Source: Podospora anserina
Taxonomy: Eukaryota
DNA length: 64,000 nucleotides
NCBI GenBank assembly: GCA_017654855.1
Contig: CM030337.1
Coordinates: 930,001 to 994,000, forward strand
Reading direction: 5' to 3'
The translations under genes and the position numbers were made by a program. The notes beneath the pieces are model-generated. The model was given only the letters and a program-made list of their open reading frames with translations. It did no database searches and had not been told where the DNA came from. Below are positions 46,444-58,816 of this stretch, one piece after another (position 1 is the first letter of the stretch; each line of letters starts with the position of its first letter).

Positions 46444-46615
46444 CTCCAGCACGTGGGGACTGGCTGTGGATTATTGGAGCCGTTGTTGGGGCCGCTGCTG
46501 GAGCACAGTTGGAGCATCACTGGAACCACTGGGGGTCGCTGCTGGAGCCATCGCTGGAGCCGCTGGAGCTTGTTGCACAAAAGTTCCGTCCACGTCTGTC
46601 TTGTGGATGGCGGGG
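46444..46615. promoter_or_regulatory. Cluster of eight SYGGRG (CreA/CRE-1 consensus) hexamers
   Basis: CTCCAG 46444, GTGGGG 46453, CTGGAG 46498, CTGGGG 46529, CTGGAG 46542/46554/46563, GCGGGG 46610; about 5.8 kb upstream of the RGS ATG. Confidence 0.35.
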
Positions 46616-49600
46616 TCACAGCGCAAACGTTCGGCATTCATCAGTGACCACACCGACGAGAAGCAGAAACCCACCGTCGACGAGTGTTTTCAGTGGGTTT
46701 CAGTTGGCCTAGAAGGCTCGGCATCCGGGCGGGGGGGAGCCAGTTCTCCATCACCATCCCCTCTCTTGAATTCGAATTTGAACATGTTTTTTATGTTTAC
46801 CTGGAGACAAGTGGATGTAGCAAGCATCAACAGACTTTGAATTTCTAGGGACCTTTGACCGCGAACCGCCGTCCTCGGCAATTCTGCCCAATGGTCCTTT
46901 GGTAGTAGGGGAAAGGGCCGTTTGCAAATGCCTGTCTCGAACCATATTCAAGTCAAAAAATTACTCCTGTCTCGGAGCAGAGACTTTTCGCACACACAAA
47001 TAGAAAAACAGAAAGCAAGGAGATTCTGGTGGAGTTTTTGTCGAGCTGCAATGCTTCCCCCGGAAATCAGGTGTCTCAAGCGATCTGCGTGCTTTTTGGC
47101 TCTGTCTTTGGATGTGATCCAGAATGGTCTCTTATATAATGCGCACCAGGTATAGGGGGGGGGAAGGGGAAGGGTATCATCCGCCATCATCCGCCATCAT
47201 CCGCGGGCTGGGCTATTATGACTGGCGCTATCCACTTTATGGGCCGCTCGCTGCTGGTTTGTCTTTGTTTTCAATCTATGTGTTGTATCAAAACCCCGCG
47301 AGGGGTGGTGCTGGTGGTTGAGGAGCCGAGAAAGTTTACCAGCTTCCTGATTAGGAAGGGGGGATCCGGGGGGTAGGGGGGTTGCGCGGGGGGTTCGATT
47401 CGCCCTTTCGGAGTTTCCCAGAGAGAAGAAAAGAAGGGAAGGAAAAACAGGCGAACCGGAGGTGATCCGGAGGGCAATGGAGTTACGAGCGAGGCGGGGT
47501 GGTTTCTTTCGGTTGACCGTCTCCGGTTCGGAGTTTGGGAAATGGGGGTTTGGGGTGGTGCTGAGGATGACGATGGCGGTGATATCACTGTGCACGTGCT
47601 GTCTTGTCTGATGTGACACGGGGCAGTGATTTGCAAAGTTGCATCTTTCTCAACGGTTGCTCTGGATGATGCCGAACCATGGTTGAGAGTGAAGAAGAGG
47701 CTTGGAAGAATGGGAAAAATAGATGGACGGCCGGTTGTGAGTGTGTGAGAACCTGCCCTTTTGGCGGGTTGATCTGCGGTTTGTTGGTATATGCAAATGT
47801 CAAAGGATGACACGTGCTCGCCATCATCGTCTCTAATCACCGATCACCAATGGCAGGGCGGGCGGGGGGCAACAGCAGATCAAGATGGCATCATCTTGCG
47901 TTTATTTTATTTTTCCTTGCCGCGATATTGTTCGCTTTCGATGGAGGGCTGGAAGGGGAAGGGGGATGGCCGAGTAGCATCCCGTTGCTCGCCACGGTTG
48001 AACCCCTTTCGCATGTCGATGTTTCGGTGGTAGTGGTTGGTATGGTCCCAAGCGTAGGTGAGCAAGATGTTTCAACTCGGCAATGTTTGACGATGAACCT
48101 CTCCTATCGTGTAGGTATGTGGTCCATGCTCGATCCAGTGATGGGAGACGAGACAGAGAACGTGGGATTACTACATTGTGAAGAGAGAGCGATGATGAGG
48201 CCAAGCTATTCCTACAACACTAGTAGACTGCCGCAAAAGGATGGTATATATGGGTACGGGTTTTGTTGTTCTCTCCCTCTCCCCGTACCAACATCTCGCT
48301 AGCCCCGTGGTGGTGATACATCGGAGACGGGATTCACAAGTTTCGGTAATCGAAGCGCTCGAGCAACAAGGGCGCAGATGAACTTTTTGCTGCCCCATAT
48401 GTAAAAGTTAGATTCTGTCACTTTTTTTTTGGTTTCGTGAGAGACCGGACCCGGGGGTTGCTTGCTTGCTGCCACGGCGGAGGGGAGTTTCCAGGTTGGG
48501 AAGGAGGTTAAGGGCCGTACTGGCCGTGTGTGGACCGGTAGATGAACACGTGCTTTTTTGGATGAAGGGGGGTATGGGGGAACTGATAGGAGGAATGTTG
48601 GTAAACATGGCTATTGGTTAGGAGGTTGAGGGGGCGGGGACGTACGGCGTGCGATGTGCAGTGGTGATAGGTGCGGATGGGAGGGGGGAGTTGGTTAGAT
48701 GAATGGGAGACAACAAGGCAGGGAGAGATCATCGTTTGGGGGACTGTTTTGGGGTGGAAAGGGGAGAGGGATGCATGATGGTGGTGGTGAGGGTGACAGT
48801 TGTGATGGTGGCTGCCGTGTGGTTATGTTCGATCTTCTTCGGTTTGGGGGGGTCTTTTGCGGGGCAACAGAAAGGATGATAAGGGGCCGGGGATGTCGAT
48901 CTTGGATGTGATTATGTCTGTGAGGTGGTAGATGTGATAGTATCTGCTTCTGGGGGAGGGTGGCATATGCGGAGGGAACATATGAGGTAGGTTTTGCGAT
49001 TGTGTGCATGATCAGTGATGGGGTGCGTATGACCGAGGTTCCTTCGATCGCTTTGAAAAGAAATGAGCAGATTGCCTAGGTTGAGAGGTAAGCATCTGGA
49101 ACAGTGTGAATTAACGGGTGTTGAGCATGTTACCAAAGACAGTGGGTAAGCACCCTTGATGAACTTTTCTTTTGCTCGGATTATTGTTGTCTGGTAGGAT
49201 CGAGATCGTAACGGTTTGATGGGCGGTTGCTCTTGTTGTATGGAGCCATTGAGGACCCTGATAGGTAGACAATTACAAGGGGGTGTTTGCTTGGAATTTC
49301 TCTTGGCTTGGGTTTTTTGGGAAGGTTGAACAGGAAGTGAGGAGGAAGAAAGCAGCGGGCATATTGCCTTGTCTTGACATTGTTCGTTACGAGTCCAGCT
49401 CATATGATCCTTTGTTCGCATCGGTCTTTTAGTTGGAAGGTGAGCCAGTTTTGCAATGGAGCCAGATGGAGAAGATGAGCAAAAAAGGTGGATAACTTGA
49501 AACGTGTCCGTGTACCATCTTGCATTGCAGGCGCGACTGGATCCGAGTGAGAAGAGCAAGATTCTTTACTAGAAGGGGGTTACGACTGCGACGACAGTGA

Positions 49601-50512
49601 CGGGGCAATAAGCGGAGATGGGGAGCGGGATGAGATTGGGGCGAGTGTGGGATCAGTGGTCGGCGATTGTATGCCTGCCAGACCAGTTGCCACAGGATGG
49701 AAGATGGATGGCATGTGTTGGTGCTGTCGATATGCAAGACGCCTGCAAGTAGCTGTGGGATGGCTGGATGGGAAGGCGTTGGGAGGGCCCTTTGTGAAAC
49801 ATGTGGCTGCTACTCATGGCTTGGAGTCCGTCTTTGGCTGTCATTATTGGGGATTTGGCTGGCTGTGACATGATCAGGAAAAGGGCAAAAGGGGTTTCTG
49901 GAAGGTGAGGTGTCGAGATGCTATGAGTCGAAGAGAACGGGCATTTGTGGTATATTTCTAAGGAATATGAAGAAGATACGTGGGCAGTAGGGGACTACGG
50001 ATTATCTGAAACTCGTGGGACAGGCTCAACTTGGTAGTGGTAGGTTATACTCTATGGCCGTCAGAACGTGAAGATGTAGCAGATAGGTCTTTGCCAAGGG
50101 ATCGTCCGGCCCTCTCTTGAGACTGCCTACATAGGTACTAAGGTAGTCGGTGTCGAATCTACCAGTCTTGTTTTGCAGGCCACTTTGTTTCCATTCCTAA
50201 CTTTTAACCGAGAGAATCAACATCAAAATTTCACCCATCTTATGTTACCTGCCTATCCAATTGCTCAATATACGCAATCTTTCTATCCTTCAGGCATTTT
50301 CTAATTGTGAAAGAGGCGCGTGGTGTATGATATAATTTACATCGGAACTTATTACTTAGGTACCGGGAGTCTAAAACATGGTCCGGTTATAGAGAAGGTA
50401 GACATCACTGTTCTGAGCTCCTCGGTTATGGATTAGAGCTTTTATGTGCTTATAGTAAATCGATCAGGTAGGTATGTCATCAGTTAAGGAACAGAAATGG
50501 GGTGAATAAACT

Positions 50513-50536
50513 AAAAAAAAAAAAAAAAAAAAAAAA
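50513..50536. repeat. A24 homopolymer
   Basis: Read directly from the sequence; lies in AT-rich DNA ~435 nt past the Mus7/Mms22 stop. Confidence 0.9.
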
Positions 50537-50970
50537 GGAATTTGCTAGACTAGGATATAGCAGCTTATCTATCCCCTCTTACTAACCTTCACAGACCCTC
50601 TTTCTCTTTTCGACTTCCAAAGACTACAATAACACCATTCGCTGTGTTGTTATTTCTTTCCACTCCCTTCTCACAATCTAGCCCCAAACGAATAAAGTTT
50701 GGTTCCCCGGATAATTCCGCACTTTTGTCTCTTCCACTACCTACTGCCTGCCTTTCATCACCCAACACATCCCACTCTACCCATGTCACGAAGAAGACGG
50801 AGTAGTCAGTATACTACCCATACTTACCAACATCACCACTCAAGTACACAACCCCGCCATAAAACTCAGAGAAGAACCCATATCCGTAATCTTGTAATAT
50901 ATATTCTCTAAATTCCAACCTCCACTCCCTCTATACCCTTCTCCCACCTCTATATATCCCCGTCCCATCC

Positions 50971-52055
50971 CTAAAACACCAAATCCCCCTCCCACCCCAA
51001 CCCTCTCCCTCTACCCCTACCCCTTTCCACTCCCTTCAACCACCTCCCCGCCTCCTCCCTAACCCTCCTTTCCACCACCCCCTCCACCAACGGAACAAAC
51101 CCAACCCCCTTCCTCTCCTGCGGTTTATTCCCCTGCTGCGTCCCCTGCGTAGAAGCAAATCCACTACTCCCCCCCAGCGTCCTCCCCAACGCACTACCAC
51201 CCAACCCCGCCATCTTCACCTCCACAAACCCCTCCCCCACCACCACCCAGTCCCTTCTCACGTCGTGGACGATCTGCTTGCTGAACATCCCTACCCTCGG
51301 GTTACTCCCAACTGTCAAGGACGACACCGATGTTGAGCCCATCGGGGAAGTGGTCATGGAGGTAAGGGTTGTTAATGTTTCATCCAGCTCCTCCATCACC
51401 TCCCCCAACTCGTCAGCTGAGTTGGCCGAGTTGTACAAGTAACAAACCAGGCTAGGTTTGAGCATATTAGCCAGCCTGAGCAGCACAGCCAAAACATGCC
51501 GCTGGTCAAGTCTTGTCTGGCTAGATAACGACTTGACAATCTTCACCAACGATCCCAAAAGTGTGATCGCGTGAGAAATATCCTCATCACCCGTAAGCTC
51601 CCTCGCACAACCGGGCCCCTCTGGCAAAAGGATACCCCCCAGCGCAGTGACATAAACCTCAAGCAAAACCCAACTGTTGCCCTCCTGACAAGCAGCCTGC
51701 ACAACAGCCGGTAGCATAAACTCCAGCATAAACGACCGAACATGCCCATTCTCAGTCATTGCCCTGGCGATAATCGTCGCCTCCGACTCAAGCCTGTTAT
51801 TCCCAATGGCAACCTTGAAATTATTCCACAGGTAATGAAACAGCTGCGGCACCGCAGTCGAATCCTTCTCTCCTAGCCGCACACCATAAGCAATGATACC
51901 GGCGGTGTGCAACTGGGGATCCTGCAAGCCAGGCGAGTAATCCAGACTTGGCTGAGTAAAAAACTGATCCGGGGGGCAGATCCCCACGCCGTGGGATTTG
52001 ATCAGAGAGATCACCTGTCGAACAAAAGAGATGTACCGCTCGTGTTCTTGCTGGC

Positions 52056-52091
<36 letters not shown>

Positions 52092-55000
52092 CTAGACGGA
52101 GAAAGGCGAGGTCTTCCTTGATTTTTTGCATAGCCAACTGGAGGATCTTGGAGAACTCCTCGCGATGTTCTTTGGCTTTTTGGAGCCCGGCTTCTCGGAG
52201 GGTCTTGCGCATGTAGTGGATTGCAACGGCAAAGTAATCTAGGTTGGCGTTGTAGTTTGGCGAGGAACCGACCGAGACGGCGATCCGTTCGAGGAAGGGG
52301 AAGCCCCGGGTCTTGAGGACCTCGGCGAGGTAGTTCTCGTAGCAGAGGAACCTGTGGGGTTTGAGGACTGAGAGAACCCATAACCCTAGCATGCTGAGGC
52401 CGAGGTCCTTAAAGTCAAAGATGGAGTTTTTGAGCAGGGTGGCGATGAACAGGGGCAGGTACTTTCTGTCCTGGGTGTTCAACCTCTTGGGCAGGTCGGA
52501 AAACATCGAGTGTTTCCCAGGGATGAAGTAAGCCGAAAGGGGTGTGACCCGGTTGTTGACGAGCCGGGAAGCAACCCTTGCCCCAACGGTCACGACCTTT
52601 TCGACGCAGGATGCCTGTTTTGTTTGTCTCCCAAAAGACTTTGGTTGAGGGAGGCCCATGACGGTGCGGGTCATCCAGAAGAAGTCTCTTGTCAAGTTCT
52701 CGTTGATCCACAACACAGCCTCCTCGACGTGACCACTGTCTGCGTTCTCTGCTTCCATAAAGTCGCTCGAGTAGTGCTCCTCGGACGCCTCATCAATACG
52801 GCCCATGAAGTGGTCGAGGGTGTCGATAGCCACACGCAGAATGCCCCAGTCAACGCCAGGAGACTGGAAGTCGAGGCTCGTGAATGTTTTTTGTAATTGC
52901 GCTGGATAAAACTGTCAGTCAAGACCTCAAAGAAGCCACCAAGCGAACCAACTTACGTGTATTCAACCCGTAAATCGCTGCCTCCAGCGAAGGAGCCCGC
53001 TGCAAAACATCCAGCGAGGCTTTGAGACAAACAAACAGCACATCCAACGCCGTAGTCTTGTTCTTGGCAATCATCTCATCCTTCATCTCTTTTGTAATAC
53101 CTGCCATCATCTCGCTCGACAGGTCACGGAATTGCTGCTCAATATCCGAGGCCGCCGACAGATACTGGTCCAGGATTTGGTTGAACACGTTGTTCCGCCA
53201 CGACCTGAACGGCTCAAATGCTGCACGGCCTTCATTCTTGGCTATCACGAACCGAGCAAGCTGGTTCCAGGCCCGAACATTAATCAAGCAAGCCTCCTTG
53301 TGAGCGCTTGCTGGAGTGACCAGCTTCTCGATAAGATGGACACCCGGCCGTAGATCTGGCGGGGCAACCCAGAACAGGGTGCAGAGGAGATCGTGATGGT
53401 TGCGGAGAGCAGCGAGATCATGCTGGTGAATTGTGCATTCCTTGAGGTACTGTCGGTTATGGTTCGGCAGCGTCCTGGCCACAAGATTCCTAATATCGTT
53501 TGTCCGTTCAAGTTGCTTGAGCCTCTGAATAGCCAAGGCCAGCAGCTTGATGAAGATGTGAAAGCACCGGTCTTCTGGCTCTATCATGAGTGAAGGACTG
53601 CGATCAAGCTCCTCCAAAAACTGTGGAGACTTGTACACCTCCTCGTTCCTGAGGTTCTCCAAATTTTGCGAACCGAAAAAGTCGAAGATTGTGCCAATGA
53701 TAGTAGTACACTTCCGCCAACCCCATTGCTGAACCAGGAAGTGACATCTGGCCACAAGAGCGCGGCAGTACTCGTTGAAGCTGGGTGGCTGTCGAGGGTT
53801 CGACTTGTACAGCCCAAAGACGCGGTCCATGAGCTTGCGAGGCAGTAGCCAACCCTCGATAGGGGCTGTCTTTCTCATGCCAGAAATGAGAATACCGGAA
53901 TCGTTAATCTCAGTCAGCGGCAGCAAGGTAAACATGTCCTGCCAAAGGGTCTCAAAGGCTTGCGCATCCTGACCGGAAGCCGCCCCATTGCTGAGCTGGG
54001 CAGCGTGGACAATATCCCAGAAACCACTTCTTGGAATATTGGCGTTCTCCAGCACTCTCATCAACACCACCCAACAATGGACGAGGACACGGTCCGATCG
54101 GACACCGCGTTCCCTGAATGAAAGACGCTGTAAGTCACCATATAGGTCCCGCAAGTCTTCTAACCCAAGGTTCAAAAGACGCGTCACAGTGGCCGAAGCC
54201 AACTTCTTGAGCAGATCCTCAACATTCATAGCCTGCATCAAGTTGACACCCGCCCGGGATATCGAGCGCACCGCGAGCAATGCCACACAAAAGCGAGATG
54301 CAACCTCTACGCTATCGATCTTGTTTCGGCCAGGGACATCGCCCAGGTTGACAGACCCCCACCGAGTGACGAAGCTGCTGAATACTTCCAGACATCTCGA
54401 CACAAAAGCCTTTTCTCGAAGCTCATCGTCAATGCTCATCGACTCCAAGATGTACCTGACAATGAAATCAGCTGCCTCAATTGGCTTCTGCCTGTCCAAA
54501 ACAGCTTCCGCCGGGTCAGCTGCCAGCTGGTCAGAAACCCAATCGACCAATATTCCGAGTTCCGACGAGGTCTGATCGTTCCAGATGCTCCACCTGAGCG
54601 TCTGCTGGTCAAAAACGAAACAGATGGAGGCCTTTTGGTGGCGGATCCTCTCAGCTAGTGAAGGCTCGACTGCTTTTCGGACAAATCCACGGCCGAAGAG
54701 TGTGCTCTCATGGAAGAACACACCCATGTCAAGCGGGAAGATGTCAAAGTGCTGGGTATAATGACTGCCATATGGACCCAACCCCTGAAGCTTGTTCGCC
54801 GCCTGATCAATCTGCTGCTGCTGCTGCTGTTGCTGTTCAACAACGGCGAAAGCAGCAGGTAAAGGATCATTTGCAAGGGTATATTGGGGAGCTTCTGTAT
54901 CGATTTGTTGCGGCCGTTGCCTTTTCCGATACCTCGACTTTGAGCTCTTTTTAGGCGTTCTTGCTGATGCAGGAGCAGGTTCGGGAACAGTTGTCTCATC

Positions 55001-57580
55001 TTCACTTTGATGGGCCAGCTCTTGAAGTGTGAAATCCGCACCCAAGGCCCCACCAAGCCCATCCGTTGCTGGTAGATTCAACACAGCCCCAGCTCTTCTG
55101 TAGTAGGCATCAAGTTTCCGCTTTCTGGCCGCTAGTCGCTGTCGTTTATCCTCATCTTCATCTTCTTCCAACTGGGCGGGTCGGAACTGTGGCTCGCGAT
55201 CTGGCACATTTTTCCTTGGTGGCGGTTTGGGTCGAGAGATGGAGGGTGTTCGAGCTAGCTCACGAGGTGCTGGAATAGATTCCACCGTGACGAATGAGTC
55301 AAAACCACTTTGCCTGATCAACTTGCGAGAAACAGAGGTACCAGAGGCAGGGGGTCTTTTAGGTGTTGGGTTTTTCGAGATTTCTCTCAGGGCTGGCCTG
55401 GGCTTCGGTCGCGGTGCTCGACTTACAACCGGAGCCGTAACCCTAGGCTTTGTCTTACCAGACTTCCAATCCTGAAGAGTTGACAGTGCGTCAACATTGT
55501 CCCTGCGGTTGGCCAAGCGGATACTCTTCTGTGTTGGACTATCCTTTCCGAGGTCTGGCCTTTTGCGGACAGCACGTGCAGCTATCTTGATAAACTTGGG
55601 AGCATCGGGTTCTAGAACATCGAGAATACTGAGCAAGGGCGGTGTTGCTGCCCTTTTTCGAGTGCTGTGTTTCGCTGAAGTAGCATTTCCTTCCCGTCTT
55701 CGCTTCGCCGACGCCTTTTTGGAATATGTTGAGGGTGAGGATCTCGATGGACCAAGAGCCTGCGTAATTTTGGGCTGCCGCATATGTTGACCAGGAAGCC
55801 CTTTGAAAACAGACTTTCCAGTCGTGCTTTTCTGTTTCTTTGCCCTTTTGGACGTGTTGAAAGAACCGGATCGCCTCTTGTTGCCGGGAAGCATCCAGTC
55901 GACAAAATCTTCCTCAATCACGGAACCTGCATCATCTTCGATGATCAACACATTCTCGGTATCTGACAAGGACCTTTCCGTTGTCAAAGTAGGTCTCTGA
56001 GCCGGCGGGCTATCCGAATCATCCGAGTCATCGAATAATGGGAACTGTGTTGATACAGGCGGTCCACTTTGAGTACTTGGTTTCGGGAGTGCCACGCCCT
56101 TCCTGAATGGCTGCTCAACCAAAGGTTCAGGACTTCGTCGTGCTTGTCGAGCAGGTTTCTGCTGATTATTTGCTTGATTCAACCTCAACCACGAGGCTGG
56201 AAGAACCCCGCGAATTCTTTTGCTGGTCTCGCGAATCACATCGGAGTCACTGTCAGAGCTGTGCCGGGAGCGAACTGACTCAGCATCGCTGCCTTCGCCC
56301 TCGTCATCCTCGTTGATCATGATTGGAGAGCCGGGGGCTTGAGTACGGGTCCTAGATCTATTGTTAATGTCTGGAGGAGACGATGATACATCATAGACGA
56401 CAGGCGGCAGAATGATAGGTGGAACCACTCTCCGCTGAGGTGAAGATCCAGGAGATGAGTCCAGCACAGTCCTCAGCCTTTTCCTGGCAGACAACTGGCC
56501 GGAGAGTTGACGTTTAAGCTTCCGTGGCCGACCCCTTTTCCTCGGGCCTGGTTGAAGCCTGTCCAGAGGCGGAAATTCCTCATCATTAGAAAGGCTGGTG
56601 GCGTCCGTCTGTGTGCCGGGGGTTTGCTGACTACTAGTCCGCAAGTGGTGGGCTGGAGACGGTTTTGATGTAGAAGGAGAGAGAGCCAGTTCATCGTTGT
56701 CATTGTCAAACAATAAGGGGCCGCTTTCTTCGGTGTCTTGAAGCAGACCTCGTCCACTGGCCTCCTGACTGTCCTCCTCAGCTTGGTACTCCTGCTCTTG
56801 AGAATCATCCTCGTCGGCGGCCCTCCGGGCTGATTGGGACGCCTGTTCAACTCTGATGGGTTTTACGCCATGTGACTTCATGAAACTTGTGTACCGGACA
56901 TTTTCAATCATGTATGGGTGCTGCTGAATAGGTTTTCGTGGTCTCAAAGAGCGCTCCAGCCGAACAGCAGTTCTCCGGGCCAGCTCATCGCCATCATCTG
57001 CCGGTATTTCGCGGTTTTGTGGCGAACTGGGAGCGGCATGGGACCGTAACGGGGATCCGGGTGGGGTTGGCGTCCTGGAAAGGATGCTCGGAGGCGAAGA
57101 AAGCGGCGAAAGAGAGGACGATGTAGTCACTCGGACATAGCCAGTAGATATCTCGTCCTCCAAGAACTCTTGTTGATTCGTAGTGGCCTCGGTAGACTCA
57201 TGCGAGTGCTCTGGTTCAAGCCTTCGGTAGGTTCCATCGTTCGGAGCGGTAGGAAGTGGTATTGGAATCTTCGGCTTCGGTTTGGGGGCTGGCTTCGCTA
57301 TCGGTGATGATGGTTTTTGTGTTTGGAAAACAAAAGACGACGCGGGGGCCGGCGAGGAGCCTGGAAAGTCCCAAATATCACCATTTTTCTGGGGTTGGGC
57401 AGCACGTTGTTCAACCGTTGTGGTGGCTACGGCTGTAGTCGCTGCTGCATCTGCAGGTATGTCTGTCGAGGTACTAGTTCCGAGGTCGAGGTCAGGAATC
57501 TCGAGGTCGCTGTAGTCGTCGTCATCGAAGTTGTCGTCGTCCGAGTCTGGTACCTCTCCGAGTTCCCTCCAGTTTCTCAT
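50971..57580 (-). CDS. mus7: Mus7/Mms22-family replication-fork repair protein, ~2184 aa, 2 exons
   Basis: Exons 57580-52957 and 52901-50971; intron 52956-52902 (GTAAGT...ACTGAC...CAG, phase 1). N-terminus WRELGEVPDSDDD, RSLRPRKPIQQHPY, YTQHFDIFPL..GVFFHEST, and the Mus7 core (EPEDRCFHIF..LL, LPNHNRQY, DLAALRNHHDLLCTLFW, SAHKEAC). Poly-Q and poly-N tracts. Confidence 0.9.
52057..52089. repeat. (AAC)11 coding microsatellite (poly-Asn in Mus7/Mms22)
   Basis: (GTT)11 on the plus strand. Confidence 0.9.
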
Positions 57581-57688
57581 GGCTTCGTATGGTCATGTCC
57601 GTAGGATTCGATGCATCATGGTCTTCTGCTCCCTGGAAACCATCAAGTGTTACTGAAGCACGGATCACGTTCATTAATGTTGAATGAG

Positions 57689-57755
57689 ACGCGTAAACTG
57701 GTCCCAAAACGCGACGTGATGCCAACGGTGGGGCTCTCAGCACTGGCCACCGCGT
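57689..57755. promoter_or_regulatory. MCB-like boxes in the 367-bp divergent promoter of mus7 and the microprotein gene
   Basis: ACGCGT 57689, ACGCGA 57709, CCGCGT 57750; 110-175 nt upstream of the mus7 ATG. Consistent with MBF control of a replication-repair gene. Confidence 0.45.
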
Positions 57756-57947
57756 TGATGAGTGCCGTTTTGCACTTGGGCTGGCAACAGAAACGGTGAA
57801 ACAAGTCCGTATTGGGCCCGTAATTACGCTCACATATACACCGTCCGGTTTTTTTGGCGAGAGGCCACTCCGTTGACATGCCAAACCGATCTTGATCCAT
57901 TCATAGTGGTGGTGAAGAGCAATTCTCAGCCACAACTTATTGCCAAC

Positions 57948-58246
57948 ATGGGCGCCCAAGGGAAATTCTTTACAATCGCTGCGGTGGTGGCCCTCGGGAT
58001 AGCAAATGGTAGGGCGTTCTGATTTGATGAAAGCATAACTTCGGACTAAGAAACAATAGGATACTACACATTCAACCCGAGCTTGAAAGAAGCCAAGGAG
58101 AAAGCAGACGGAACATATCTCAGGTATGGGACCAGGAGAACTTGTGTGATTGACCAATGCTCATGTTAAATAGTAAAACTTTGGAGAACCAAGACGCTCA
58201 GAAGAAGACTGCTAGTCAAGAGGACAAGAAGTCAACGAGTCAATGA
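57948..58246 (+). CDS. 65-aa single-pass membrane microprotein, PIGBOS1-like, 3 exons
   Basis: Exons 57948-58008, 58060-58123, 58174-58246 (198 nt). Introns GTAGGG...TAG (51 nt) and GTATGG...TTGAC...TAG (50 nt). Product MGAQGKFFTIAAVVALGIANGYYTFNPSLKEAKEKADGTYLSKTLENQDAQKKTASQEDKKSTSQ; ATG in CAACATGG context. Confidence 0.8.
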
Positions 58247-58816
58247 GGGGCACTTATTGAGAAATAACTGAAGGGCAGACACGAAAGATCTCATGATAAA
58301 TTATACAGATACTCCTTGACAAATAGCTCCTCCTCTCATCATTTGCTCTCAGTTAACAAGAAGGTTCTGTTCCAACGTGCAACCTCTTGAGATGTCTAGC
58401 GGGCTGGCTGGAGCTGCTAGCTCCAGAAATTGTTAAGAGCAGCTCTCAGAATTTGAGTGGATCGATTTCGTCACAGTGCAAATGGCACCTCGTTACGTCA
58501 ATTCCCCTCCTCGGGCGGGGCGGAAAATGCCAAGGGCCCCGTTAGTTGCAATTAAGCGGGGAGTCCAGGACCAGGGCCCCCAATCAGACCACTTCGAATT
58601 CCGAACTGGAAGGCCATCTGCCCGAAAAAAAGCTCGTCTGTGCATGACTTCACACATCACACAAAACAACGTCGACGAAGGAGCTCCAGGCCGCACGCCG
58701 CGCCGGTTACCCAATTAGACCCATCTCCTCTCCCCACCAGCGTCGAATTTCCATCTTCCTACTCTCGCCCCGTCCGACCTCTTCGAATAGACCGTAATAC
58801 CACACATACCATCACC

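Noticed and set aside
47380-47420. GGTTCGATTC resembling a tRNA T-loop/B-box
   Set aside because: No cloverleaf, A-box or acceptor stem in the flanks.
43372-48552. Five CACGTG E-boxes upstream of the RGS gene
   Set aside because: Dispersed, and only modestly above random expectation for the ~10-kb region.
50505-50536. AATAAA plus A24 as the tail of a retroposed element
   Set aside because: No target-site duplication or element body recognisable; treated as a simple homopolymer.
13932-57580. Apparent cluster of genome-maintenance genes (RAD3, Ulp1-type protease, mus7, AT-hook protein)
   Set aside because: Interspersed with unrelated genes and large gaps; compatible with chance without synteny data.
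58512-58523. CGG pairs in the cox5 promoter (and GUT2 promoter, ~60906) as AOD2/AOD5 (RSE2/RSE3) sites
   Set aside because: Spacers are 5-6 nt, not the CGG-N7-CGG consensus.
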